NCBI GenBank assembly: GCA_951406725.2 | Contig: OX597833.1 | Span: 64,542,001-64,606,000 of the forward strand | Length of the DNA: 64,000 nucleotides | Reading direction: 5' to 3' | Origin: Octopus vulgaris | Lineage: Eukaryota | Part shown: positions 1 through 12,688 of the stretch, in pieces | How the letters are laid out: every line of letters starts with the position of its first letter | How positions within the stretch are numbered: position 1 is the stretch's first letter | Translations under genes and position numbers: made by a program | Notes under the pieces: model-generated | Told to the model about the DNA's origin: nothing | What the model saw: the letters and a program-made list of their open reading frames with translations, nothing else | Databases searched by the model: none

Positions 1-46
<46 letters not shown>

Positions 47-270
47 CTTTTACTCTTTTACTCTTTTACTTGTTTCAGTCATTTGACTGCGGCCATGCTG
101 GAGCACCGCCTTTAGTCGAGCAACTCGAACCCGGGGACTTTATTCTTTTGTAAGCCCAGTACTTATTCAATCGGTCTTTTTTGCTGAACCGCTAAGTGAC
201 GGCGACGTAAAAACACCAGCATCGGTTGTCAAGCAATGCTAGGGGGACAAACACAGACACACAAACATAT
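47..270 (-). mobile_element. SINE family A, 3' half (head lost in the adjacent TA tract)
   Basis: Near-identical to 1425-1640 and 28186-28400; (AAAAGAGT)n-like tail on the minus strand. Confidence 0.85.
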
Positions 271-274
271 GCGC

Positions 275-318
<44 letters not shown>

Positions 319-375
319 ATACTTAAATACATTTATATATATATTTATATATATACTTATATACATATTTATATA

Positions 376-408
<33 letters not shown>

Positions 409-549
409 CGTATATATATATATATATATATATACATAAACATATATACGTATATACATAAGCATATATATATATGTATATGTACATATATATATATATA
501 TATATATGTATATACATACATATATATATATACATACATATATATATAT

Positions 550-622
<73 letters not shown>

Positions 623-660
623 TAAATATATATTTATTCATTTGTACATGTATATTTACA
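275..660. repeat. Compound (TA)n/(TACA)n microsatellite
   Basis: Direct reading; source of the YIYI ORFs. Confidence 0.95.
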
Positions 661-1359
661 TACTCACATTCACATCTATTTCCAGGCTATGCAAAACAAA
701 ACAATGAAATCATTGTTTTTAAATCAATTTATCTAGCAACAGAAAATAGAAACATTTCGTTTCCTTCATTAAAATCCATTATATTTTCATAATGATTTCC
801 TCCTATTCCACTTTATTGAAACGGAGTAACTGGCCTTATAATTTATAATACAATATAACATATAAGACAATCTAATATATCTCAGTGATGTTTTTCTTTA
901 AATATATTTTAGTCATCAATTATTTTATTGTTTGTCTCGGTTATGTTATATCACTCGAGCGGCCATGCTGTATCACTCATCAAAGATGGCTTTCGTTTCT
1001 TTCCAGACTATATTTGACGCCATTACCTCTTTTAAATTTTAGTCTGCTGACCTTATTTTATTGATTTTTATAATTCTTAAATCGTTGATTTATTTACTGT
1101 CTCGATGTAAAAGGAAGCTAGATTCATATTTTACGTCTTATGTGATTATATATGTATATATATATATACACGCATATACGCTCTCTTTGTTTTTATGTTT
1201 ATGCTATTAGATAAATCATAGCGTAATATTATAAAATATTGTTTGTGATCCATATTTATCCCATCACGTAAAATGATAAAATGCAAAACAATGCATACTT
1301 GGACAAGCATGGTTTATTTGTTTGTTAATGCCACTGAATGAAGATAAACACGTACACCA

Positions 1360-1424
<65 letters not shown>

Positions 1425-1796
1425 CTTTACACTTTTACTCTTTTACTTGTTTCAGTCATTTGACTGCGGCCATGCTGGAGCACCGCCTTTAGTCGAGCAA
1501 CTCGAACCCGGGGACTTTATTCTTTGTAAGCCCAGTACTTGTTCTATCGGTTTCTTTTGCCGAACCGCTAAGTGACGGCGACGTAAAAACACCAGCATCG
1601 GTTGTCGAGCAATGGTAGGGGGACAAACACACACACGCATACACATTTATATATACATATATACGACGGGCTTCTTTCAGTTTTCGTCTACCGAGGCTAT
1701 AGTAGAAGACACTTGCCCAAGGTGCCACGCAGTGGGACTGAACTCGGAACCATCTGGTTGGTAAACAAGCTACTTATCACACAGCAACATCTGCGC

Positions 1797-1797
<1 letters not shown>
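1425..1797 (-). mobile_element. tRNA-derived SINE family A, near full length with a short internal deletion
   Basis: Minus strand begins GGCGCAG, has a B-box-like GTTCAGTCCC, then TTGGGCAAGTG (CORE-like), an internal (TA)/(TG) tract and an AAAAGAGT-type tail. More than 12 copies in the window. Confidence 0.88.
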
Positions 1798-1856
<59 letters not shown>

Positions 1857-2569
1857 GTATATGATTTAAGTTAGAGAACGAAGTTCGACAAATTTAATCA
1901 TATTTTCTAGAAATGGAAGAGATTAGATGTTAATATGGTATAAAACTTTTTTATTTATTCAATTCGCTAGACGATCGTTTCATACAGGAAGACATAAATT
2001 CATTAGGCCTAACTCAACAGAAAGTAAATGCCGCAATGACCGATATCCAAACTACAGGGGGAAAAGCTATCCACTGGATTGGTTAAAATGAATCAGTCAG
2101 CGATGGCTAGAAAATATTGAGCTATGAGTAATAACCACTTAATCTAGCAAGCGGGGCCCCATAGCAGTGAGAAGAGGCCAGTGTGCATTGATGGCCATCG
2201 AGAGGTATGCCTCGAAATGGTGTGCATTTTGTGATCTAGGGCACTATATTGAAACAGGGTAACTGGCATTACGAATTTTATGACCCGAGAGAAGAAGACT
2301 ATGCGGCTGATGGTGAACACCAGGATACAATTTGTCCTTTTGTAGTCAAGGAATCAGGAACTTCTTTTCATTGGAGAAGCTTCGAGAGTCGTTATATCTG
2401 CTGGGTTAGCGTGACACGATTCGACATGGGAAGATGGTGGCAACCATGGTAATGAGTTTCATGTAACTGTGACCTTCCCTGAAGTTGATGTTCGCAATTC
2501 TATGTATTAAATGTCACTGAAACAGACATCGCATACGAACACATATATGTATACATACATACATACATA

Positions 2570-2639
<70 letters not shown>

Positions 2640-2730
2640 AATATATATGTATATATATATATGACTATATATGTATGCAAACCTACATATATACACACAT
2701 ATATGCATGTCTATATATATGTACACACAC

Positions 2731-2839
<109 letters not shown>

Positions 2840-3429
2840 TATATACCTTTTTATGTATATATGCACATTATATATATATATATGCTTATATTCTTGACGC
2901 CAAAATATGTAATATGTATGCATGTGTGTGTGTATGTGTGTGTGTACATAGATACATATATATCAAACAAAAAAATGAAAGTAGGAAGAAGAGAGATATG
3001 AAAGGCGAGGTATGTATCATCTCTGCAGGTCATTCAGTAAGAAATTCCATAACCATGTTTTTCAGCATCGAGTGACTACCTATAATGAACATGACAAGTA
3101 TTAGTTGGCTGCTGCACACAATTGCATGATACGCCATGCTGGAGCACCATCTTTAGTCGAGCAAATCGAGCACAGACTTATTCTTTGTAAGCCTGAGTAC
3201 GTTACCGACAGAGTCTCTTTGCCCGAGCCGCTATATACGGGGATGTTGAAATTTCTACATATCTTACAATGTCTATGATACTTTTTCATATCCAACCATC
3301 TAAGTGTGGCTCGTTGACACAGATGTTAGTGCAATATTTATTCTGCTTTCCTCTTTGCGTTTTGATATCAAATCTCGCTGGGGTTTCAATTTTTGCGTTT
3401 CATCCACTATAATTATAATCTTATCTACT

Positions 3430-3838
3430 CTAGCCACAAGGTCCGAAATTTTGGGGGAGTGGGCCAGTCGATTAGATCGACCCCAGTACGCACCAGCTGC
3501 TTAATTTATCGACCCCGAATGGATAAAAGGTAAAGCCGACCTTAGCAGAATTTGAGCTCAAAATGTAAAGACAGACGAAATACCTATTTCTTTACTACCT
3601 ACAAGGGGCTAAACACAGAGCGAACAAACAAGGACAGACAAACGGATTAAGTCGATTATATCGACCGCGGTGCGTAACTGGTACTTATTTAATCGACCCC
3701 CAAAAGGATGAAAGGCAAAGTTGACCTCGGCGGAATTTGAACTCAGAACGTGATGACACACGAAATACCTATTTCTTTACTACCTACAAGGGGTTAAACA
3801 CAGAGAGGACAAACAAGGATAGACAAACGGATTAAGTC
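3430..3838 (-). mobile_element. SINE family B, head-to-tail multimer (about 2.5 units)
   Basis: Repeated CGACCCCGAAAGGATGAAAGGCAAAGTCGACC-like blocks; units joined by AAATACCTATTTCTTTACTACC near 3578 and 3763. Confidence 0.85.
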
Positions 3839-3934
3839 TCCTGGGACTAGATGACAGCAACATTCATCCTAAACGAGGAGTGACATGTTATGTTGGCAAA
3901 CAATTTTACTTGAAAGAAGTTCATCGTGTATATA

Positions 3935-4013
<79 letters not shown>

Positions 4014-4084
4014 GTATACATACATATATATATACATATGTGTGTGTGTGTAAATCTATGAGTGTAAGTGTGTGGTTTTATGTC

Positions 4085-4265
4085 TGTATTTGTCCCCTTC
4101 CACTGCTTGACAACCGATGTTGGTGTGTTTATGTCCCAGTAACTTATCGGATAGTGTAAGTATTAGACTTTCAAAAATAACTCATGGAGTAGATTTGTTT
4201 CCCTAAAACGCTCAAGGTGATGCTCCAGCAAGGCCGCAGTAAAATAAGTGAAACCAGTAAAAGAC
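4085..4265 (+). mobile_element. SINE family A, diverged 3' half
   Basis: GCTTGACAACCGATG...TGCTCCAGC...GAAACCAGTAAAAGA matches the family A tail. Confidence 0.7.
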
Positions 4266-4287
4266 AATAAAAGAACGAAAGAAAATA

Positions 4288-4525
4288 TCTCCAAGTGGTT
4301 AGGCTGTTGAGCTAATGACCATGAGATCGTGGGCTCGATACCCGGACAGGGCGGTGGGCTGGGGATCACTTGGACACCTGCCCAGTTCGGTATATCGCAT
4401 CTGGGTTGATGAAGATAGATGAGGAAATTTCTGACCGTTACAAACAAATCATCTCTGCAGGTCATTCAGTAAGAAATTCCATAACCATGGTTTTCAGACT
4501 CGAGTGACTATCATAATGAATAAAT
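4288..4525 (+). mobile_element. Probable tRNA-derived SINE (family E); partial second copy at 3016-3090
   Basis: A-box-like CCAAGTGGTT and B-box-like GGCTCGATACCC; the 3' part ATCATCTCTGCAGGTCATTCAGTAAGAAATTCCATAACCATG recurs at 3016. Confidence 0.55.
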
Positions 4526-4530
4526 ATTAG

Positions 4531-4927
4531 TTGTTTCACTCATTTGACCTCAGCTATGCTAGAGTACACCTTTAGTCGAGCAAATCGACTCCTAGACTTA
4601 TTCTTTGCAAGCCTAGTACTTATTCTATCCGTCTCTTTGCCCGAACCGCTAAGTTACGGGGATGTAAACACACCAGCGTCGGTTGTCAAGCAATGTTGGG
4701 GCGACGAACACAGACACACAAACATATATACACACATACATACATATATACATATATATATACGACGGTCTCTCCTTTCAGGTTCCGTCTACCATATCTA
4801 CTCACAATACTATGGTCGGCTCGAGGCTATAGTAGAAGACACTTGCCCAAGGTGCCACGCAGTTGGACTGAACCCGGAACCTTGAGGCTGGTAAGGAATC
4901 TACTTACCACACAGCCACTCCTGCGCC
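4531..4927 (-). mobile_element. SINE family A, full length
   Basis: Head GGCGCAGGAGTGGCTGTGTGGTAAG through to tail. Confidence 0.88.
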
Positions 4928-4938
4928 TATATATATAT

Positions 4939-5252
4939 ATCACCATGATCACCGTGACCGACCAGGCTATCAGATGTTGCTACACATCGCTGGTCACAAT
5001 GCGCTTCGCATTGTTTTAGCTTTCAAATGACGCCACCCCGCTGGCTAAGCGAGCAATCCAACAGAAGAAAGAGTGAGAGAAGGTTGTGGCGAAAGAGTAC
5101 AGCAGGGATAGCCACCACCCCATGCCGGAGCCTTGTGGAGCTTTAAGTGTTTTCGCTCAATAAAAACACTCACAGGGCTCAGTCTGGGAATCGAAACCGC
5201 GATCCTACGACCACGAGTCCGCTGCCCTAACCGCTGGGCCATTGCGCCTCCA
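4939..5252 (-). mobile_element. tRNA-derived SINE family C, tail type 1
   Basis: Head GGAGGCGCAATGGCCCAGCGGTTAGGGCAGCGGACTCG...GTTTCGATTCCC; second copy 46732-47036, tail fragment 57806-57918. Confidence 0.88.
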
Positions 5253-5307
<55 letters not shown>

Positions 5308-5363
5308 CAGTATATATTTGACAGTCACTTCGAAGTTTCAGCTAGTTAAGCCATCGTTAACAA

Positions 5364-5392
5364 CGGACGAAGGTCTAACTAGCCGAAACGTC
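5364..5392 (+). ncRNA. Degenerate minimal hammerhead ribozyme motif
   Basis: CGGACGA-AGGTCTAACTAGCC-GAAAC-GTC: one core mismatch (U4G), stem II GG(T)CTA/TAGCC, stem I unpaired. Confidence 0.4.
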
Positions 5393-6381
5393 GCAAGCAC
5401 CGTCAATGATATTTTTGTTCAAGAATAATCCAATTGTATTCTACTAAAGTATACGTTCGCCCCGGAATTTGAAATTCTTTTTTAATGTAGGTGAACATAA
5501 AAGGAATGCAGACACATGCGCGCATGCACACATGCACACGTATAACTACTTATGCATGTTTTAATGACTATTGTTATGTATGCAAGTATGTGTTTATTTA
5601 TATTTATATAAACGTAATTGTGCGAAGAAGTGTATCCAAAATTCTTCTCTGGAAGCATGACGGCTAAAACACATTGGAGAGAGAGAGTGAGAAAGAAAAG
5701 GAAGAAGAGGAAGAAAGAAAGAAAGGGGGATTCAGTGGCTGAGATAGAGGCGAGTGAACGAAACAGCCATTCACATCCTTTATAGATGAGGATTAAATAT
5801 ACAATGCTATCACGGAGTAGGATACATCTCACGATTTAAATTATAGTCTTACAGGCTGACGCGTAACGTAACGCCATCTTGATCCACAGCATTCAATTAA
5901 AACTTTGTCACTTGCTTTGAACATTATCCCAAGAGCACGAGGGATGTTCTTAACTCGCAGTTCTCATTGAAATTGGTGAATATATATATGTAATAGCATT
6001 TAAATCCATACGAATCTTCCAGAAGCTGTTATTCATTGTCACAGAGTCTATAGAAGAAAATATATAGAATTTCAAGATGAGAAACCAGAAGAAAAGGAAA
6101 CGTTTTATTCGTGAAAAGAAGTGGGGGGGAGGGGTATTGACTAAACGATTTTATGATATTGTATCATGAACGACAGAGCTGAGGTGAGTAGTTTCCATTG
6201 GGTGAAAGGAATCGACTATAAGTGAATTGTAGAGTATTTTTGAGTGATCGCCGAGTTGATTTATAGTTAATGAGTACATGTATCCGCTGAATAGAGGACG
6301 AGATTCTAATGTATGTAATTCTGAGTAAACAATTTGTTGTAAGAATGTGTACGGGTGAGAAGTTATTGAAAGAGGTAGGTA

Positions 6382-6444
<63 letters not shown>

Positions 6445-6446
<2 letters not shown>

Positions 6447-7110
6447 CGCAGGAGTGGCTGTGTGGTAAGAAGCTTGCTTACCAACCACATCGTATTTGCT
6501 TCTACCCTCCTTAGACTGGTTTGAAATTTTGGCACACAGCCAGCAATTTCGGGTGGGGTGGGGTAAGTCGATTACATCGGGTGTCAGGCGATGGTGGAGG
6601 GACAAACACCGACACACCAACACACAAACACACATACATATATGTATACAACGGGATTCTTTCAGTTTCTGTCTACCAAATCCACTCACAAGGCTTTGGT
6701 CAGACCGAGGCTATAGTAGAAGACACTTGCCCAAGGTGCCACGCAGTGAGACTGAACCCGGAAACATGTGGATGGAAAGCACCAGTGTTCAATGGGTACT
6801 TTTTTTTATCGATCCCGAAAGGGTGACATATATATGTATATATAATTCGTTCGCCCCGGAATTTGAACTTAGAAGCAAAAAACGGATGAGTTTTCACTTA
6901 AGCATTCTACCAGCCTTCCCGTTCGGCCAGTCTTATAATACATTAGGTACTTTTTCTAATATTGGCACAAGGCCTGAATTTTGGAAGAGGGGATAGTCGA
7001 TAACATCGAACCCAATACTTGATTGGTATACATTTTTTGGACCTGGAAAGGATAAAAAATGAAAAAATACCGCTGAGCACCTCGCCCGGCGTCCTAACGA
7101 ATCTGCCATC
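6445..7110. mobile_element. Scrambled cluster of SINE A and SINE B fragments in both orientations
   Basis: A head on + at 6445-6490, A body on - at 6580-6772, B-like pieces at about 6520-6580, 6775-6920 and 6960-7110. Confidence 0.7.
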
Positions 7111-7386
7111 TCACATCCTTTATGTTAGATTAAACAATGCTATCACGGAGGGATCATTCACAAAATGTTCATGTTTTCGCCAATATTTTTCATTAAAAAT
7201 TAATGGAAAGCTTGAGATATATTATAATAATGAGAGTGTCATAAATTTTAACAATAGTATAATAGGTATCAACCCTATAGCTGAAAGACTAAGTTACAGC
7301 TACAATATCCATTAACTGGACACGAAATGCTTTAGAAAGAGAGCAGATGTTATACACTCGTGTCAACTGACATATACATATATATG

Positions 7387-7451
<65 letters not shown>

Positions 7452-7660
7452 ATGTATATGTATGTATATGTATGTATGTGTGTATGTATGTATGTATGTA
7501 TATATGTGTGTATGTATGTATGTATGTATGTATGTATGTATTTGTAGATGGAGTTTTTGCTTACTTTGTCAGCTGTAACATTTAAGCCCAAAACTTTGTT
7601 AATACATGGGGGCCAGAAGAAGTAGCAAAATGAAAAATTAAAATAATTGCAATGGCATCA

Positions 7661-7661
<1 letters not shown>

Positions 7662-7702
<41 letters not shown>
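7662..7702. repeat. (AAT)n tract abutting the RLE LINE
   Basis: Direct reading. Confidence 0.95.
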
Positions 7703-7703
<1 letters not shown>

Positions 7704-8595
7704 TTTGGAGATGGACAAGAAACAATTAATCCCATTGTCCTTGGCTGCTCATTCCTTCGGTAAATACTGGACTAAACATAAACGCAAAAGAGTTGGCATC
7801 TATAGACAAAGAAAAATCCCAGCAATGGTTGAGAAGCTCAGGACTCAAAGCAGAAACAGAGGGATTTTTAATTGCAGCACAAGACCAAAGCCTCCCCACC
7901 AGAAATTACCAAAAACATGTAATGAAAAGAAATATTACAAGTAACTGCAGAATATGTGGAGATGGACAAGAAACAATAAATCATATTATCTCTAGCTGCC
8001 CAGTCCTGGCTAAGAAGGAATATATTCACAGACATGACAGAGTTGGAACTACATACATTGGAAGCTATGCCAACATTATGGAATAACAACAGAAAAAAGA
8101 TGGTATAGGCACACACCAGAAAAGGTCACAGAAAACGAGAAAGCAACCATACTGTGGTATATGCCGATACACACAGATAGAGAAATTAAGGCCAACAGAC
8201 CAGATATAGTTGTCAGAGACCATGGAAGAAAAAAATGCTTTCTAATTGATGTATCAATACCGGCAGATGACAACGTGTCTCTAAAAGAAATGGAGAAACT
8301 CTCAAAATACAAAGACCTGGAAATAGAGGTAACTAGAATGTGGAATCTGAAAACAGAAACAATTCCTATCATAGTAGGTGCATTAGGCATGATAAAAAAA
8401 TATTCAGACAAATACATAACAAAAACACCAGGACTTACAAACACATATAACATACAGAAAATTGCACTACTGGGCACTGCACACATCCTACGCAGAACAC
8501 TTTCCATACAATAACCATCAGAGCATCACAACAAATCACAGCACATACCCAAGGCACACAGAGCTGTGCTCGGTAGTGAAGTGAAAGCACGCTAT
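7703..8595 (+). mobile_element. 5'-truncated R4/Dong-type non-LTR retrotransposon: CCHC zinc knuckle, restriction-like endonuclease and 3' UTR
   Basis: GFLIAAQDQ, CRICGDGQETINHIISSC, RHDRVG, a 1-nt frameshift near 8050, then NRPDIVV...LIDVSIP...EKLSKY (PD-(D/E)xK fold), ending LLGTAHILRRTLSIQ stop at 8514. Confidence 0.9.
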
Positions 8596-10180
8596 AGCTA
8601 CAACACTCTGGTTCTAAACCAGGGGAGCAAGGCCCCTGTCGCCTTGGTGGACAACTTTGATTGAGATGGTGTCTCGATAAAAATACCGGTTGGTAGTAAC
8701 CTAAAGATACACCATATTTGTGAGTGAAAATGCCAAGCAAAATAGTTAACGATAACAGTGTGAACGGGCCTAGACCCAATGGCGAAAATGTTGCACACGG
8801 CGGGTACCCCACCGTACAGCAGGGTAAGCCCGGTCGTAATCCAGTAACTGATAGCCATGCTGCAAAACATAAGTGGAGTAAACAAATAAGCAGGATGGTT
8901 ATGGAGCGTTACTATCAGAGCACACCAGTGGATGCAAATATCATGCTTGTCAGAGGATACAGAAAACAAATGCACAGTGAATGGCAGGCAATGGATCTGT
9001 TTGAAATTACTGAAAAGAGATTGTGTGACCAAGCAAGAGTAATACGAAAGAATGGATGGTTAACAGAATCGGAGCTAGAAACTATTAAAACAAAGATACC
9101 CGGTGATGTTGGGCATTCGAGAAACGAAAGATGTATAGTGTAAGAGATGGACAATTGTTCGTAAGAATATACTACCCTGAATTATGAAAGAATTGAGATC
9201 AGTGACTAGTCAAGCAATGAAGATCGATTAGTGATAGACAGGATTTTGGATCTACTGAATGGACAGAATTTATATAAGACTTTTAGAAGGTTAACCAATC
9301 GATGCTAAATCAAGAGACGAGTAAAGTCAATAATGTATTGAGACACATTGGAAGAAAGAACATCGCACAAACAGATAATATTATCAAGGCTGCTGGTAGG
9401 ATTATGGCGGAAAGGATGAGATTGAGAACTACTGAGAACAGAACAGCGACGGATAGAAGAGGAAATAAACAACCTTGGTGGAAAAGGAAAATTTCAGAAG
9501 ATAAAAACTCCTTGATCAGCGCAGTGTCAATTCTTGTCAGGAAAAAAGAAAACTTAAGAACGAATGAAAATTAGAAAAAGTTAGGAAGAAGTATGGCGTA
9601 GATACAAAATGGCTGAATGTTGTAATTGAAGATCTGAAGCAGCGTGTACTTGCAAAGGAAAGCAACGCTAACTGGGTTTGAACAACGGATTAAGCAATAC
9701 CGGCAAAGCAAATTGTTTAGAACCGACCAAAAAGGATTTTATCAAGAGATTAATGATGATAATAAACGTGAAAGATGCTGATGAAAGTCGAATTTCCCGG
9801 TATAAGATATGGAGTAAACAAGAACAGCATAATACTACAGCCAGCTGAATGGCTTTATAGCCTGAAGCAAACATCTTATCCGAAGAAAGAGGCTATCCAT
9901 TTCACAGAAGACAGTATCAGAAATATGAGTAAACAAATAAGCAACTGGAAAGCGGCAGGTCCTGACTGTGTGCAGGGATTTCGGATAAAAAGTTCAGTAG
10001 TTGCCATAAATTGATCGCAGAGCAATAAATGTATTAATCAATGGAGAAGAAATCGTAGGCTTTTTGACAAAAGGTTGAACGGTGTTGGGTCTGAAGATGC
10101 AGCAAAGGGAAATGCGGCTGACAATTACAGATCAATTTCTTGCCTCCCATTAATGTGGAAGTTATTATGAGGAGGAATTT
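8596..10180 (+). mobile_element. Second, degenerate R4/Dong-type element: 5' UTR, N-terminal domain and start of RT; 3'-truncated
   Basis: [15 protein letters not shown]...[10 protein letters not shown]...[68 protein letters not shown] across frameshifts; (AAT)n follows at about 10186-10210. Confidence 0.82.
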
Positions 10181-10399
10181 CCATATAATATCAATAATAA
10201 TAATAATAACGATGCTTTCAAATATTGGTAAAAAGCCAAAACAATAATAACAATAATACTTTTCACGCAGTGCAGATGGGAAACATGTTGGAGTATTCAT
10301 TCATCTGTCAGGTCACAACAAGGACATGAAGACAGATAAGACTCCCCTTAAAGATGGCGCAGTAACTAGGAAGTCTAATATTTTGTATGACATCGATCT

Positions 10400-11260
10400 T
10401 GAGCTGCATTCACAACCACTTCGAGTCTGCAATGACGTGATCTCTAACTGGAATCCTTATAAATGGCCCTCACACGTTCCATACAGTTTTGTCACCTCAG
10501 TTTCAATTAGAAGTATTTGATGATTTATTCGTCTCTCAAATCACGATATTCATGCCATGTGACATAGCTGCGTCAATGCTCTCTCAGTTTTTGTCTTCCT
10601 TCTTGAAAACGAGCATTTCCGGTCTGCGTGGCTCAATTGCTCTCAGAAATCCATAATCACAGAACGTTGTACCATTGCCATTCTCCTACGTTACTAGGTA
10701 CATGCTCGTAACAATTCTTCCTTTACTTCGTATTGGCAATAACGACATAAGGCGGTGAGCTGGCAGAAACGTTAGCACGCCAGGCGAAATGCTTAGCGGT
10801 GTTTCGTATGCCGCTACGTTCTGAGTTCAAATTCCGCCGAGGTCGACTTTGCCTTTCATGCATTCGGGGTCGATTAAATAAGTACCAGTTACGCACTGCG
10901 GTCGATATAATCGACTTAATCCCCTTGTCTGTCCTTGTTTGTCCTCTCTGTGTTTAGCCCCTTGTGGGTAGTAAAGAAATAGGTATTTCGTCTACCGTTA
11001 CATTCTGAGTTCAAATTCCGCCTAGGTCGACTTTGCCTTTCATGCATTCGGGGTCGATTAAATAAGTACCAGTTACGCACTGGGGTCGATATAATCGACT
11101 TTATCCGTTTGTCTGTCTTGTTTGTCCTCTCTGTGTTTAGCCCCTTGTGGGTAGTTAAGAAATAGGTAATAACGACATAAAAGCCAGTGAAGGTACGGAC
11201 TTTATCATGGCGCCCATTCTATCCTTTTTGGGAAACGCTCTCACAGCAACTTACCAAATG
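10400..11260 (-). pseudogene. Highly decayed RLE-LINE endonuclease region, split by a SINE B dimer
   Basis: Minus-strand translation gives LVSCC...RHDKV...LHWLLC, then YEHVP...IEPRRPEMLVFKK...SIDAAM, paralleling 7990-8340. Confidence 0.6.
10751..11167 (+). mobile_element. SINE family B dimer with 13-bp TSD
   Basis: Head GGCGGTGAGCTGGCAGAAACG...GAGTTCAAATTCC; TSD AATAACGACATAA at 10738-10750 and 11168-11180; second unit lacks the first ~50 nt. Confidence 0.9.
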
Positions 11261-11635
11261 AGATATGATAACATAAAGTATATCATCTTTCGTATTTCAC
11301 TTGGAGTATAACGATATCATTTTATAATAGAATAACCTGCCATTATTAGAAAGAAAATGACTTCTATTGAATCGTATACCGATCTGCTACTATTTTATTG
11401 TAATAGTACGTAACAAGCTTTGATAAAACAGTCTCAGAAAAGCAGTTGGAATATGTTGGGAATATACAAAAGAACTGAGATATAAAACTGTATAACTATT
11501 TATTTTAATATCGGTCCACGAGAAGTTTAAATATTTTCCTCAAACACGAGGTCGGCTGCTCTTCTCCGCCATGGATTAATAAAAATAATTTGATCGTATA
11601 CTTAGATACACATAGCAGATACAATGAAATCTTTC

Positions 11636-11782
11636 ATGTGTATGTATGTATGTATGTATGTATGTATGTATGTATGTATGTATGTATGTATGTATGAATG
11701 TATGAATGTATGTATGTATGTGTGGGTATGTATGCATGTATGTATGCATGTATGTGTGTATGTATGTATGTATGTATGTATG

Positions 11783-11816
<34 letters not shown>

Positions 11817-12175
11817 TGTGTGTGTATGTATGTACGTATGTATGTATGTGTGTGTATGGATGTATGTATAAATGTATGAATGTATGTATGTATGTATGTG
11901 TATGTATGAATGTATGTATGTATGTATGTGTATGTATGTATGCATGTATGTATGTATGTATGTATGTATGTATGTATGTATGTGTATGTATGTATGTATG
12001 TATGTATGAATGTATGAATGTATGTATGTATGTATGTATGTATGCATGTATGTATGTATGTATGCATGTATGTGTGTATGTACGTTTGTATGTATGTATG
12101 TATGTATGCGTATGTATGTATGTATGTATGTATGCGTATGTATGTATGTATGTATGTGTGCAAGTATGTATGTAG
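11636..12175. repeat. About 540-bp imperfect (TATG)n tetranucleotide array
   Basis: Direct reading. Confidence 0.95.
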
Positions 12176-12228
12176 ATAAATATCACTATACATAGACACA
12201 TGCATAGATACACATGCATATATTTATG

Positions 12229-12260
<32 letters not shown>

Positions 12261-12648
12261 GATAGATAGATAGATAGATAGATATATGTATGTGTATGTA
12301 TGTGTGTGTGTGTGTGGTTGGATTGTACTGATGAAACTTTGCGAGCATGCAATGAATATAGTTCCCTTGATATTGGTCTTCTTTTGATTGTCCGTAATCG
12401 GATTCTATATCGTTCGTGATTCGTACGTGTATTTATATATATATGTGCACACATATGTTATGGTTTGTTTATGTGTGAATCGGCATGTATGTATGTGTGT
12501 GTGTGTGTCTATCTGTGTGTACTGTGCTTCTTCCTGTGTGAGTTTGTTATGAATGGTATGCGTACATTAGCTGGCAGCATTTTGAAAAAGCAACAAGATT
12601 TATGAGCAAACCTTCGAATAGCACGTGTACACACACACAGAGGCAAAC

Positions 12649-12688
<40 letters not shown>

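Noticed and set aside
226-792. 188-aa ORF and the many similar [12 protein letters not shown] ORFs throughout the window
   Set aside because: Translations of stop-free di- and tetranucleotide microsatellites, not proteins.
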